From: an uncultured bacterium | GTDB lineage: Bacteria; Chloroflexota; UBA5177; JANWHV01 | Direction: 5' to 3' | Assembly (NCBI GenBank): GCA_963729625.1 | Contig: CAVSOU010000011.1 | Location: 32,001-96,000, forward strand | DNA: 64,000 nucleotides | Part shown: positions 1 to 10,976 of the stretch, piece by piece | Layout of the letters: each line of letters opens with the position of its first letter | Numbering within the stretch: position 1 is the first letter of the stretch | Notes under the pieces: generated by a model | The model's database searches: none | What the model was told of the DNA's origin: nothing | Seen by the model: the letters and a program-made list of their open reading frames with translations, nothing else | Program-made: the position numbers and the translations under genes

Positions 1-249
1 CGACCGCTCCGCTGCGCGCGTCGAGCCGCCGGGCTGCCGCCGTCAACCGCGCTCGTTCCTCATCGGGCAGGGCGAGCGCGTCCGTCAGCAGGCGAGGGTC
101 TCGCCCTGCGGCGTCTGCCGGACCCCGCGCTCCAGGGCGCTGATCGCCGTGGCGCTCAGCCCGGCACGTTCGGCCAATGCCTCCTGGGTCAGGCCGGCCG
201 CCACGCGGGCACGTCGCAGCAGTTCCCCAAACGACGGCGCTTGGACCAT
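1..249 (-). CDS. XRE-family HTH protein, N-terminal part; runs off the left edge, frameshift near 88
   Basis: MVQAPSFGELLRRARVAAGLTQEALAERAGLSATAISALERG is an HTH_XRE motif. After a 1-nt shift it reads LTDALALPDEERARLTAAARR to the window edge. Confidence 0.85.
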
Positions 250-376
250 GGCAGGCACCCGAGTCCCTTCCCCCGGGCACGCCCCAGCACGTCGCCACGG
301 ACCGGCTGGTCCGTGCGCGAGGTGACCCATACCAGTCTACCAGACTTGCTGGGGCTCCGCCAGCGCGATCAGCCCG

Positions 377-436
377 CTGTACGGCTTGTTGTACGGCCAG
401 TTGTGCGGCTAGTTGAGCGCCTTGTGCGTGGCCTGC
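377..436. repeat. Degenerate 12-bp tandem repeat (about 5 units) between divergent genes
   Basis: ctgtacggcttg/ttgtacggccag/ttgtgcggctag/ttgagcgccttg/tgcgtggcctgc. Confidence 0.6.
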
Positions 437-551
437 CACAGCAGCGGCGACCAAGCTAGAGGCGTTCGCAGATCACAGTCCGCTGGACCAAGAGAGGAGG
501 CCTGCCAGACACGCGCTGACCCGCCGCACACAGCCGTCTGGCGAATCTTCG

Positions 552-1849
552 ATGAACGCACATCGCACCGCGCACCGCAGCCTGTTCCGAGCGCTCTCCC
601 TCCTGCTGGCAGGAGCAGGACTTTTCGCTTTGCTCCCCCAAGGCATCGCCTTGCTGCGCACGGGCAGCTTCGCGGCGCGAGCCGCGCTGCCCGCCTGGTC
701 CGCGCCAACCACGCTGCATCGGGGTCTGCACCTCTTGCCCGGCACCCGCCGCGTGGACTATGGGCCGCTGCCACCCCTCACCCTGCTCGGTGAGACGACG
801 AGGTTCCCGGCCAGCGTCGATCTCAGCCGCTACGCGCCGCCCGTGGGCGACCAGGGCTGGGTGAGCGACTGCGTGGCCTGGGCCGCCGTCTACACGCTCG
901 CCGGCTGGTACGTCAACGAGCAGCATGCCGCCACCGGCTACTTCGCGCCGCTCTACACCTACAGCCAGATCGACGGCCATCAGGATAAAGGCAGCTGGGA
1001 GTCACAGGTCCTCGCGGCCGCGCAGCAGGGCATGCTGCCGCTGGCCGACTATCCCCAGGGCAACTACGCCTGGCGCAGCCGGCCCACGCCTGCCCAGCGC
1101 GTCCTGGCCCGGCATTTCACCCTCACCGGCGTCACGTACTACCCCGGGCAGGCGGCCCGCATCGGCGACCCGCGCGACTGGGACACCAACCCTAACCGGG
1201 TGCGCACCTCCATCGAGACCGCGCTCGCCGCCGGCCACCCGGCGCTGATCGGCATCGCCGTCTATCCCAACCTCTACAACGCCACCGCCACAAGCGCCTG
1301 GGTCGCGCCGGTGCCGGCGGATCCATCCGGCTCATTGGGCGGCCACGAGCTCGTCGTGATGGGGTACGACAACGCCGGCGCCTGGGTCGAGAACTCCTGG
1401 GGCACAAGCTGGGGTCTTGACGGCTACGCCGAGATCTCCTGGCCCTACCTGGAGGCCAATACCTCTGCCATCATCACGGCCGACGCCCTCCGCGTCACTG
1501 CTGCCTCCGCGACGCATCCGGCACGAGCGGAGCAGCCGACCATCACCATACTGCGACCGTGCTGCGCGACGGCGCGTCGCAGCCGCGCGCAGTAATCCTG
1601 GCCAACGGCGAAGAAGTCGCCTTGACCGGCACCGGCTTCAAGCCCAATGAGACGGTCTCCCTGTACTGGGACGGCCGCTATCACGGCTACGTCACCGCGC
1701 TCCCGGACGGCACCTGGAGCGTGGAGTGGTACGACCACCAGCAGGTCCCGGCCAGCGCCCACAACATTCGGCCCGCCTCTGGTAAGCATGTCCTCGAAGC
1801 TCGTGGCAATCAGGGCACTGACGCGAGCATGGCGCTGACGGCTGCCTGA
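552..1849 (+). CDS. Secreted papain-like C1 cysteine peptidase with small C-terminal beta-rich domain (frameshift near 1550)
   Basis: Signal-like N-terminus; DQGWVSDCVAWA (Gln/Cys), GGHELVVMGYD (His), ENSWGTSWGLDGY (Asn). ORF 1559..1849 (EVALTGTGFKPNETVSLYWDG) looks like its continuation. Confidence 0.85.
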
Positions 1850-1890
1850 CCGTGCCTTCAGTTGATGTTCGGTGCGGTATCTATAGTTAG

Positions 1891-2049
1891 TGCTCACCAC
1901 CGATAGCGAGCTCAGGTATTTACAGCATCGAGCATCGCCACGACGTTCTCCGGCGGCACGTCCGCGAGGACGTTGTGCACCTGCTGGAACACGAATCCGC
2001 CCCCAGGACGCATGATCTCAACCTGCCGCTTGACATGCTCGCGAATCTC
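1891..2049. repeat. Direct repeat copy 1 (about 159 bp): duplicated 3' end of the URO-D-like gene ending at 8331
   Basis: Aligns without gaps to 8310..8468, 13 mismatches by hand count. Encodes EIREHVKRQVEIMRPGGGFVFQQVHNVLADVPPENVVAMLDAVNT on the minus strand. Confidence 0.95.
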
Positions 2050-2248
2050 CAAGGGTACTCGCGCTTCCGTTTCGCTGACGGTCGTGTGACCCGCGCTCGT
2101 TGCACGTCGGTAGGAGTGGCCGGCTAACCCTGGAAGCGCAATGATTCTGTCAATTCTCGCCTGGCAGACGGAATGTCGGCGATCCATGGCGAGCGGTCTT
2201 CCTGGTCAAGGAAAAGATGCTCGAAGAAGCCCGCGCTTCATGCACCAC

Positions 2249-4308
2249 TCACAATCCTCCCAGCTCCAGCGTCTGCGCGGCGCCGGCCTCCAGTGCGACG
2301 CTCGTCCGTCTGTCACCCAGAGATACGTGCGCTACGCGCGTGCGGTCGGTTGTGTTGCGGATGGTCACGGTCGCCTCGCCGTTCCGATAGCGCGCCGTTA
2401 ACGCGAACCCGTTTGCTAGCAAGTCGCGGAACGCGCAGTCCGTCCATCCCGCCGGCAGCGCCGGAAACAGGCGCAGCTCTCGCCCTCAGCCTGCAAGAGC
2501 AGGGCGTGCAGCGCGCTGCAGAGCGCCGCCTGCGCCGTGCTGAAGTACTGGAAATTCCACGTGCCGTCGGGCTTCACGTATTCCGCGCATCCGCCTTGTG
2601 CGCACAACGCGGGACGGGTGAGTTCCAGTTGCTCCCACGCTGCCTCCGGTTTTCCCTGGTACGCAAGGATACGGGCTACGACCCCGGCCGCCCAGGGAAA
2701 GCCCAGCTCATTGTTCCCATGGCCGACCATGCGGCCGGCGTACAGCGCCCGATAGGCGTCGACCGTCGCTCGGGCGCGCGGATCGCGCGCTGGCAGCACG
2801 CTGGCAGGATAGATGGGTGCAAGCGAGCTGCTGTTGAGGCGGTCCTCGTCGCGAGAAGCCTGGAAGTACCGGCCATTGAACAGCGAATGGAGCGTCGGGC
2901 GCAGCAGGTGAGCGGCAGCGGCGCACCGCCGCCCAATGGCATCGTTACGTCCGAGCAAGCGTGCCGCGACCGCGACGTCTTCGAGGAGGCGAAGCGCGGC
3001 GGCTACCGTGGCGCCATCGTTCACGACAAGCGTCGTGCCCTCGTGGGAGCCCACCAGTGGCTGGGTCACGAGCACTCCGCGCTCCTCCACGAGTACCGCG
3101 TGCAGCAGGAACTCGGCCGCTCCGGCCATCAGGTCATAGCCTTCCGCCAGTGCCGCGCGGTCACGCGTGGCCCGGAAGTCGGACATCACCATGTGCGCCA
3201 GAATAGGCGTGTTGTGAACCTGGAGGCGCTGCGCCACCCACGGCGTGTAGGCGCTGTCTCCCTGATGCGTGGTCTCCCAGTTCCAGTGCAGTCCGGGCGC
3301 GCCGAACGTGTCCCGCGCGTTCTCCGCCGCCTTGCTCCGGGTCCGGGCCAGGAAACGCCAGGCTTCGCGTGCCGGCAACACGTAACCCGCCTCGAGCAAT
3401 GCCCGCTGCACGAAGGCGCCGTCCCAGAAGATGTGCGAGTTGTACGCCCGGCGCAGGTTGTTGACCGGCAGCCCGCCCGACTCGCGGTGCTGCATGGCCG
3501 AGAACATGTACATGCTGAACTTGTGGAGTCGCTGGTAATCGGCATCGGGTATCTGAATCGTCCCCCGCGCCGGGTCAGGCCTGCGCTGCCCGGGCGACTG
3601 GGGGAGCCGCTGCCAGGCCTGGTGCTCCGCTGGATACCGCGTACATTCGAGCACCGCCCACCAGGCCAGGCGGCGACCGCGCAGACGCACCCACGCTCCT
3701 CGGGTGTCTCTGCCGGCGCCCTCGCCAATGCCCGCAGCCGGCAAGAGGCGCAGCGCGCACTGGTGCGTGCCTACCCGATACTGCCAGCCCGGCAACTCCT
3801 CGTCCAGCGGCGCGTGCTCGCTGGTGGACTGGACCCACTCCCTATCCTCGGGCCAAGTCCCCGGTGCCACGAACGCGACAAGCGAGATTTCCTCGCTCGC
3901 CTCCACGGAAAAGTGCAGCGCCGGTAGATCGGCGGCAAGGCTGGTTTCGATGGCCAGTGTTACCCCGCCGTCGAGCAGCACCGTCGTTCGCAGTACTCCT
4001 GTTTCCGCATCGACCCGCTGATCGGCTCCATGCGGATGCAGCACGGCGCCGCGCTCATCGACCAGCTCGTACCAGGCGCGGCGAGCGGCGCAAGCTGAAA
4101 CACGGTCCCGCCGGGCGGCAGGGAATGGAAAGCCACGGGATCGTCGCCTTCCTTGAACTGGCGATCGTCGGCGTAGTAGGTGTCCGCCTTGTACCAGTAA
4201 CAGCGATCGAGACCCTGCGCGGCCTCGGTTGACACGCAGCCCAGGGGGCCGAGCAGCACTGCGTCTATCCCGTTCCCCAGAAACGTGGTAGCTGCGCAGC
4301 TCGCTCAC
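2249..4308 (-). CDS. GH65/GH95-like (alpha/alpha)6-barrel glycoside hydrolase (frameshifts near 4290, 4090, 2480)
   Basis: N-terminal TTFLGNGIDAVLLG, YNSHIFWDG, QYFSTAQAAL, and shifted C-terminus ELRLFPALPAGWTDCAFRDL ending at TGA 2249. Confidence 0.7.
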
Positions 4309-4587
4309 CGCCGCTCCAGAGGCGCGGTCGATCGTCGGACGATCGGGCTCTGGTAGACCACGCGACGCGGCGGACAGGCACGCTCCACCAGCGGCTCGAC
4401 GGGCAGCTCCACCACGTTCACGCCGATCGCGTGGTTATCCTGCCGGATGCTGGTCAGCGGCGGCTCGGCATGCTGGGTGACCAGCGTGTCGTCAAACACT
4501 GCGAGCGACATCGTAACCGTTGAGCGCTCGGGAGGTGGTGGTGACCGAGAGATTGGCGGCCCTGGCGACATCTTTGATCGTCGGCAT
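4305..4587 (-). pseudogene. LacI-family regulator with large internal deletion
   Basis: HTH MPTIKDVARAANLSVTTTSRALNGYD is joined out of frame directly to the C-terminal SLAVFDD...PPLTSIRQD...IVRRST. Confidence 0.85.
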
Positions 4588-4599
4588 ACCTATCCACCC

Positions 4600-4609
4600 A
4601 AAACGTTTT
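4600..4609. promoter_or_regulatory. LacI-type operator palindrome
   Basis: AAAACGTTTT just upstream of the LacI remnant start. Confidence 0.55.
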
Positions 4610-4757
4610 CAGTCCTGCTTGAAATCATAGGCTCCGGCAAACGCGCCGTCAACGTCCTCGCCGCTCTAACGCAACCCACCTGGTTGCCCGGTGATCTTGC
4701 CCGTCCCACGCTGAATCGGCGTTCTGCAGCACGTGCTGACCTATCGGGGTGCTGGGC

Positions 4758-4812
4758 TTGACAAATGTCCGCTGGTGGCCGATTATCAGTACGAGCATTA
4801 CAGAAACGTTTC
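4758..4812 (+). promoter_or_regulatory. Candidate sigma70 promoter plus LacI-type operator for the sugar ABC operon
   Basis: TTGACA at 4758, 17 nt spacer, weak GATTAT; palindrome GAAACGTTTC at 4803-4812. Confidence 0.5.
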
Positions 4813-4961
4813 GGATAGAATCGAGGCACCGGCTCAGCTCTGCCGGCAGGCGAAGGGGGGTGGTTGCGCATCGCCGGCACGCCGCCAAACAGACCAGCGG
4901 TATACACAGTCATACTGTTCAATATGGTTCGGCGTTTGCATCTGCAATTGGAGGACATGCA

Positions 4962-6331
4962 ATGAACCTTGCCACACGGGTGCTCGCAATAAGCACCCTG
5001 GTAGCAATCGCCCTGCCCCTGAGCTCACCGGCACGGTCCACTATCACCCATGCGGCTTCGACTTGCACGGGAGCAGGGTTGGCCTCAACGTCGCCGGCTG
5101 GGCCAGCGCGAACTCCGAGGCCGACATCGTTCGCCACGAGCTCGACCTCTTCTCTCAGGCGAACCCCTGCATCTCGGTCTACTACCATCCTATCCTCGGC
5201 AACTTCCAGCAGAAGATTCAGACCGAATTCGCCAGCGGCGATGAGCCCGACGTGTTCTACGTCAGTCCCGACATGATTTACAACGAGAGCAAAGCCGGCA
5301 AACTGCTCGATTCGACGCCCTACCTGTCGAAGGACGGCTTCAATCTGGGCGCCGAAATCCCCGCGTTGCTCAAGACGTTCCAGCTCAACGGAAAAACCTA
5401 TGGCCTGCCGAAGGACTGGGCCACGCTCGGCGTCTTCTACAACAAGGGCATCTTCGACGCCAAGAAGGTGCCCTATCCCACCAACAACATGACCTACGAT
5501 GATCTGCGCGTGCTGGCGGAGAAGGTTTACACCGCAGGCTCGACTTCCGCGACGACGACCTACGGCATCATGATGCCGTCAGACCTCGGTCGCTTCAACG
5601 CCTTCATGTATGGCTTCGGTTCCAATGTCTTTGACCCTGTCACGAACAAGATCCTCTTCAACAACGCCAAGGCCGTCGCCGCGCTGAACTACTACACCAG
5701 CTTCCAACTGACGGACAAGTCCGGTACCATCCCCGGCACCGTCGGTGATGCTGGTAGGCGATCCTTGGCAAGGGCAAGGTTGCCATGGTGATCGAGGGCA
5801 ACTGGCTGACCCCTAGCTGAAACCCAGATCCGAGGAAAGTATGGCATGGCCGATATTCCGACGGCCGCTGGCCGCGCTGACCCCGTCTACACGAATGCCT
5901 GGGGTGCCTCTGTCGACACGGTCAAGGCCGGAACCGCTGCCGCTGCCGCCAAATTGATCGAGTTCCTCAGCGGACCGGTCGTCCAGAAGTACCAGACCGA
6001 CATCGGCTTCTCGCTGCCGACCCTCACCGCGCTGCTGAGAGATCCCTACCTCAAGGCGCATCCCGAATCCGGCAACCTCGCCGCCTCCTACTCGGTCGGT
6101 CAACTCGGCAGCTACGGTGCGTACAACAGTCAGGTGAACACGGTCCTGAATAACGCTATTACCAAGGTTCTGCTGGGCAAGATGACGCCCGCTCAGGCCA
6201 TTGCGGACGCCGCAAAGACCCTCGAGAGCCGAGATCACAGCGGTACCGTAAGCCAGCCAGTGACTCTTGCTCTGGGCGCGGTCGAATGCTACGTTCGTGC
6301 CACGCCCAGCACAAACCACCAGGTCGCGTGA
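4962..6331 (+). CDS. Sugar ABC transporter substrate-binding protein (CUT1); several frameshifts, 3' end uncertain
   Basis: GGAGG RBS, signal peptide MNLATRVLAISTLVAIALPL, EPDVFYV, GKTYGLPKD, VFYNKGIFD; pieces in ORFs 4749, 4733 and 5846. Confidence 0.85.
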
Positions 6332-6398
6332 CAGGTAACACCGCGGATCGCCGGGGACCATGGTTCCCGGCGATCCGCGGCAGTGGAGGACAGGCTGG

Positions 6399-7354
6399 AT
6401 GGACGTGCCCGCGTCGAACAGGACCGTGACGCCGCATCTCACGTTCCCGCGCCGCCGGGCGCTGCGCAAGGCGCTGCGCCGTAACGGCACCGCATATCTC
6501 TTCCTCCTGCCCTATCTCTTCATCCTCCTTACTTTTACGCTCGGGGCCGCCGTGTTTGGGCTGGCCCTCAGCCTCTACCATGTGAACTACGGCATCGACA
6601 CCCCGCGTTACATCGGCCTCGACAACTTCCGCTATCTCTGGGATCAGTTCCTCCATAATCGTGACAACTTCGAGTTTGCCATCAGCCTCAGAAACATCCT
6701 CCAGTACGCCGTCGTCGTGATCATCGGACAGACGGCGCTGGCTCTCTGCTACGCCCTGCTCCTCAATCGGCCGGTCAAGGGCCGCTCCTTCCTGCGCACC
6801 GCGATCTACCTGCCGTCGGTCACGTCGTCCGTGGCCATCACACTGATCTTTCTTTACCTGCTCAGCAACGGCGGCGCGCTGAACGCCTTCCTGTCCATCT
6901 TCCATATCCAGGGACCGAACTGGTAAACGACCTGGCAACTGCCCTCTGGGCGATCATGATCCAGAACATCTATACCACGGCGCCGACGTTCATGATTCTG
7001 TTCCTGGCCGCGCTCCAGGGTTTGCCGGCCCCGCTATACGAGGCGGCCAAAGTGGATGGCGCCGGCACCTTGGCCCTGTTCCGCTGGGTCACCCTGCCAC
7101 TCCTCCGCCCGACCATGTTCCTGGTTGTCGCCCTGGGCACCATCGGCTCGTTGCAGACCTTCGATCAGATTGCCATCGCCACGAAGGGCGGCCCGCTGAA
7201 CGCCACGGTCACGCCGGTCTGGACGATCTACGACACCGCGTTCCTTCAATACCACTTCGGTTTGGGCGCTTCGATGGCCGCCGTGCTCTTCGCCATCATC
7301 TTCGTCATTACGATGGTCCAGCGGCGTTTCATCGACGCCAGTATCGAATACTAG
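6399..7354 (+). CDS. Sugar ABC permease, MalF-like (frameshift near 6926)
   Basis: YLFLLPYL, FLRTAIYLPSV, EAA loop LYEAAKVDGA. Confidence 0.9.
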
Positions 7355-7363
7355 GAGTGCCGG

Positions 7364-8264
7364 ATGGCGACAGTCGCCTCGCGCAGGACCACGGGCGTCA
7401 CCGCGCGTGCGCCAAGAACGCCGCGATGGCTCATCGCCATGGTCATCGTTTATGCGCTGCTTCTCGTCTTCTCGTTCATTGCCCTGTCCCCGTTTGTCTT
7501 CGCCGTGCTGTCGGCTTTCAAGACGGCCGACAAGGTGCTCGAGTAACGCCGCGCCTGATCCCCAATCCCTGGACGCTCTCGAACTTCTCTGACCTGCTCA
7601 ACAATCACAGCACCGACGTGCAGTTCACCCGCTGGTTGGTGAACAGCCTGTTCTACGCCGTGTCCATCGCCGGCCTGAACCTTCTCTTCAGCTCAATGGC
7701 GGCCTTCGCCCTCGCGCGCCTGCAGTTCATAGGCAAGACGTTCTGGTTCTGGATCACGCTTGCCGTGATGATGATCCGGGCGAGATCAACTGGATGAGCG
7801 TCTACATCATCCTGAACCATTTCGGCCCGTTCAACCTGATCGACACATATTGGGCCGTGATTCTCCCCGCTGCGGCGCAGCCGTTCTCGGTCTTCCTGAT
7901 CACCCAGTTCCTGAAAAGCCTGCCCGTCGAGGTCGAGGAGGCGGCAACGATCGACGGCGCCTCGAAGTTCCGCACGTACTGGCAGGTCATCCTCCCGATG
8001 GCCCGGCCCGCTCTGGTCGCGGCGGGCATCTTGAGCTTCCAGGGCGCCTGGAACTCCTTCGTTGCCCCGCTCCTCTATCTCGATTCCTCTTCCAAGTTCC
8101 CTCTCACCGTGGGCCTGAACTTCTTCAATGGCACCTATAGCGCCCAGACCAACCTGATTCTCGCCGGCGCCATGTTCAACACACTCCCCATGGTGATCAT
8201 CTTCTTCGTCTTCCAGCGCTACTTCATCCAGGGAGCCGCCACCAGCGGCCTGGCCGGACGTTAG
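7364..8264 (+). CDS. Sugar ABC permease, MalG-like (frameshifts near 7545 and 7780)
   Basis: LIPNPWTLSNF, NSLFYA, EEAATIDGAS, WNSF, FQRYFIQG. Confidence 0.9.
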
Positions 8265-8309
8265 TCGACGACAGCATCCGCGCTCGTCGAGGAAAACCGA
8301 CAAACCTGG

Positions 8310-8468
8310 TGCTCATCACCGATAGCGATCTCAGGTATTGACAGCGTCGAGCATCGCCACGACATTTTGCGGCGGTACGTCCGCGAGGACGTTGTGCACC
8401 TGCTGGAACACGAATCCACCGCCGGGACGCATGATCTCAACTTGCCGCGTGACATGCTCGCGAATCTC
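8310..8468. repeat. Direct repeat copy 2
   Basis: Matches 1891..2049. Confidence 0.95.
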
Positions 8469-9555
8469 TGTCGGGCGTGCCGTGCGACAACAGCCACTGC
8501 GTATCGCAGCCGCCACCCCAGAACGTGATGTCCTTGCCGAAGTCGCGCTTGAGCCCGGCCGCATCCATGCCTGCGCAGCTGATCTGCACCGGGTTGATCG
8601 CATCCAGCCCGGCATCGATGAGATCGGGCAGCAGTGGGCGCACGCCGCCGCAGCAGTGCAGCATGACCTTCACGTCAGCCAGTTCCTTTGCGCGTCTCCA
8701 CAATCTGCTGTGACGGGGCTTGAAGAACTCGCGATACATTTTCGGCGAGATCTGTGGCCCCGTCTGCATACCCAGGTCGTCGCCGAAGCCGATCACGTCG
8801 ATGGAGGGACCTACCAGGCCCAGGTACTTCTCGAGATCGACCAGATGCAGCTCCATCAAGCGATCGAGCAGATCGTGAGCGCGATCGGGCTCGCCGGCGA
8901 GCAACATCAGGAAATTGTCGTTCCGGTAGAGGAATTGTCCCCACTCCAGCAGGTTGCCCCCGAACAAACCCACAATCGCGCGATCGGTCAGCGCCTGCAG
9001 GCGCTGTGCGCCCGCGGTGAACAGCGCGTCGCCGTCTGGCCCTTCGACGAGCGGCCCGGGAGGGCTCGCGGTCGACCACATGCATTCCGCCATCACCTCG
9101 CGCAGCGCCTCATGCCGGGGCTCATCCACCGCGAACGGGTAGTAGGCGGTCTCAAAGTACAGCGCCCCATCCGGCATCTGGGCAGAGACTCTACCCGTCC
9201 TGGAGCGCAATACCCACCTCTGCTGCTCACGCTCCGGCAGGCACCAAACTGGAACCTGGCAGGGCGTGCCGTCTGGCAATGTCCAATTCGCCCAGTCTTC
9301 GTCGCGCAGAGAGAATCCCCGTCCCAGCTCGATCGTGTCGATGCCGAACCGATCGAGGACGTCGTCGTCGACGACTGCCAGTTGCTGCACGATGTCGTAG
9401 ACGCGAACCGGCTTGTTGGGCATGCCCAGGTGGTCGCGGAGTCTGCGATAGGCGATTGCGGAAATCCCCGACGAGCGGTGTCCCGAGAAGTCGATTGGCA
9501 CCTTGTCGGATTCTTGATGGCGCAGGGCGGTGAGCACGCGATCGCGTGAATTCAT
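8331..9555 (-). CDS. Uroporphyrinogen decarboxylase / MtaA-CmuA methyltransferase-fold protein (frameshift near 8470)
   Basis: MNSRDRVLTALRHQESDKVPID, GDDLGMQTGPQISP, HCCGG, NPVQ, FWGGGCDTQ, GGGFVFQQVHN. Confidence 0.85.
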
Positions 9556-9588
9556 GGCGATCTCCCTTCGCAAGCACGGCGGGTCATC

Positions 9589-10938
9589 CTACCTCTGTGG
9601 CGCCCCGGGTGCCAGGCCGAGCAGCAACCGGGGGCTTTCGTAAAGCACCGCACGAGCGACCTCGAGTGCGCTCTCCACGCTGTGCTGTCCCTGCGCGACC
9701 TGCTCGGCAAGCACGTGGGCGAGCTGCTTGCGCACCATCACAGCCTTTGCGTAGGCCCACTCGACCACGTAGGCGTCTGAGAAGAACCCTATCTGTTTGC
9801 TCCACGGCAGCATGTCCAGGCGCTCGGCGATTACCGCGCGGATCACGGAAGGGAAGAAGTTGTGCCACCAGTAGCCGGCCAGGCTCAGGTTGGGTAGTTC
9901 ACGCGCAAGCGTGCAGAGCGACTGATTGCCGTGTTGGCTGGCCAGGAAGCACTGGAACCGGATACGCGGGTGCCGGCCGACGATCTCCGCCAGCTGCGTG
10001 ATCGTTCGTTGTGGCAGGAGACTCGCCGTTTCGTACGGCATGGGCTCCGCGCCCAGCGAGAACTGGAAGACAAGGCTGTCTGCAAGCGGCTCAAACGCCG
10101 TCAGGAACGCTTCGTTGATATATGATGCGTAGACGTCGCGCTCTCTCGGACCGGCTTTCTCGCGGCGCGCCAGCGCTGCTGCCAGGTCCGCGTCACCGGG
10201 CACGGAATAGTCAATATTCGTCGACAGGTGAGTGGCCGTGGCGACGATCCGATCGCTGGGAATGTTGGCCACGTAGTGACTGACAGCAGCATGTACGTCG
10301 TCAAGCGTGCGTATCCGTCGATCGGTAGGAGGGCGCGCGCCCGATCCTATCGGTGTCGACGCCTCAGGCTGGCGGCCCCAGCAGCGCTCAAGCTCGTACA
10401 GCGCGGTATCATGTTCGCCCCACTGGCAGCGCGTGAAGAACCCCCATTCCAGCGCGTACTGGAAACGGGCATCGTCCACGCCGTCTCCGCGCCGCACGAC
10501 TTCAGTCACCGATCGCGTGATACCGGCCCGGTCCAGAATACTGTACGACCACTGGCGATCGCGAGATCTCTCCCGAATGATGTCGTCGAGACGGCGCCAG
10601 TTGTCGGCGGTGATCGGCTGATGCCAATCGTAGAGGTCGGCAAGGATCACGCGCAGGCACCATGCCGAGCTCGTGTTCTGAATGTGCGGAAGGAAGGGAA
10701 TCGCCTCCTCAATGCGAGCGCGCGCTTCCGCATCGCTCGGCCACGAGGGGAAAGCAGTGAGGCGGGCCCCGCTCGGGCACCCGGCCGCGTAGAGATCGCT
10801 AATCACCATGTGGTACAGCAGCACGTCGTGGAGACCCTGTGCGCCCAGGCTGCCGCAGGTGAGATGCGTGTGGGCGTCGAGCAGTGGCATCGTGGCGAGG
10901 GCCTGCTCGATCTCGCCGGCTGTTGCTGTCGCGTTCAT
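9589..10938 (-). CDS. Amidohydrolase-fold protein, uronate isomerase-like
   Basis: DAHTHL metal motif, HDVLLYH, LAGYWWH, FFSDAY. Confidence 0.7.
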   Translation of the reverse strand: MNATATAGEIEQALATMPLLDAHTHLTCGSLGAQGLHDVLLYHMVISDLYAAGCPSGARLTAFPSWPSDAEARARIEEAIPFLPHIQNTSSAWCLRVILADLYDWHQPITADNWRRLDDIIRERSRDRQWSYSILDRAGITRSVTEVVRRGDGVDDARFQYALEWGFFTRCQWGEHDTALYELERCWGRQPEASTPIGSGARPPTDRRIRTLDDVHAAVSHYVANIPSDRIVATATHLSTNIDYSVPGDADLAAALARREKAGPRERDVYASYINEAFLTAFEPLADSLVFQFSLGAEPMPYETASLLPQRTITQLAEIVGRHPRIRFQCFLASQHGNQSLCTLARELPNLSLAGYWWHNFFPSVIRAVIAERLDMLPWSKQIGFFSDAYVVEWAYAKAVMVRKQLAHVLAEQVAQGQHSVESALEVARAVLYESPRLLLGLAPGAPQR

Positions 10939-10976
10939 AGTGAATGCTCCTTCACCAATGCCCCGATGCTGACCGA

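Noticed and set aside
85-90. Selenocysteine or programmed recoding at in-gene stops
   Set aside because: Homology resumes in a different frame, with no slippery site or SECIS-like hairpin noticed; better explained as indels.
2173-3927. 584-aa plus-strand ORF
   Set aside because: Antisense shadow of the glycoside hydrolase; Arg-rich with no motifs, typical of high-GC DNA.
1891-8468. Prophage or integrase-driven island
   Set aside because: No integrase, transposase, phage gene or tRNA target is visible; only the direct repeat is supported.
8331-9555. hemE (true uroporphyrinogen decarboxylase)
   Set aside because: Lacks the RQAGR motif, has an H-x-C metal motif, and sits in a sugar-catabolic context.
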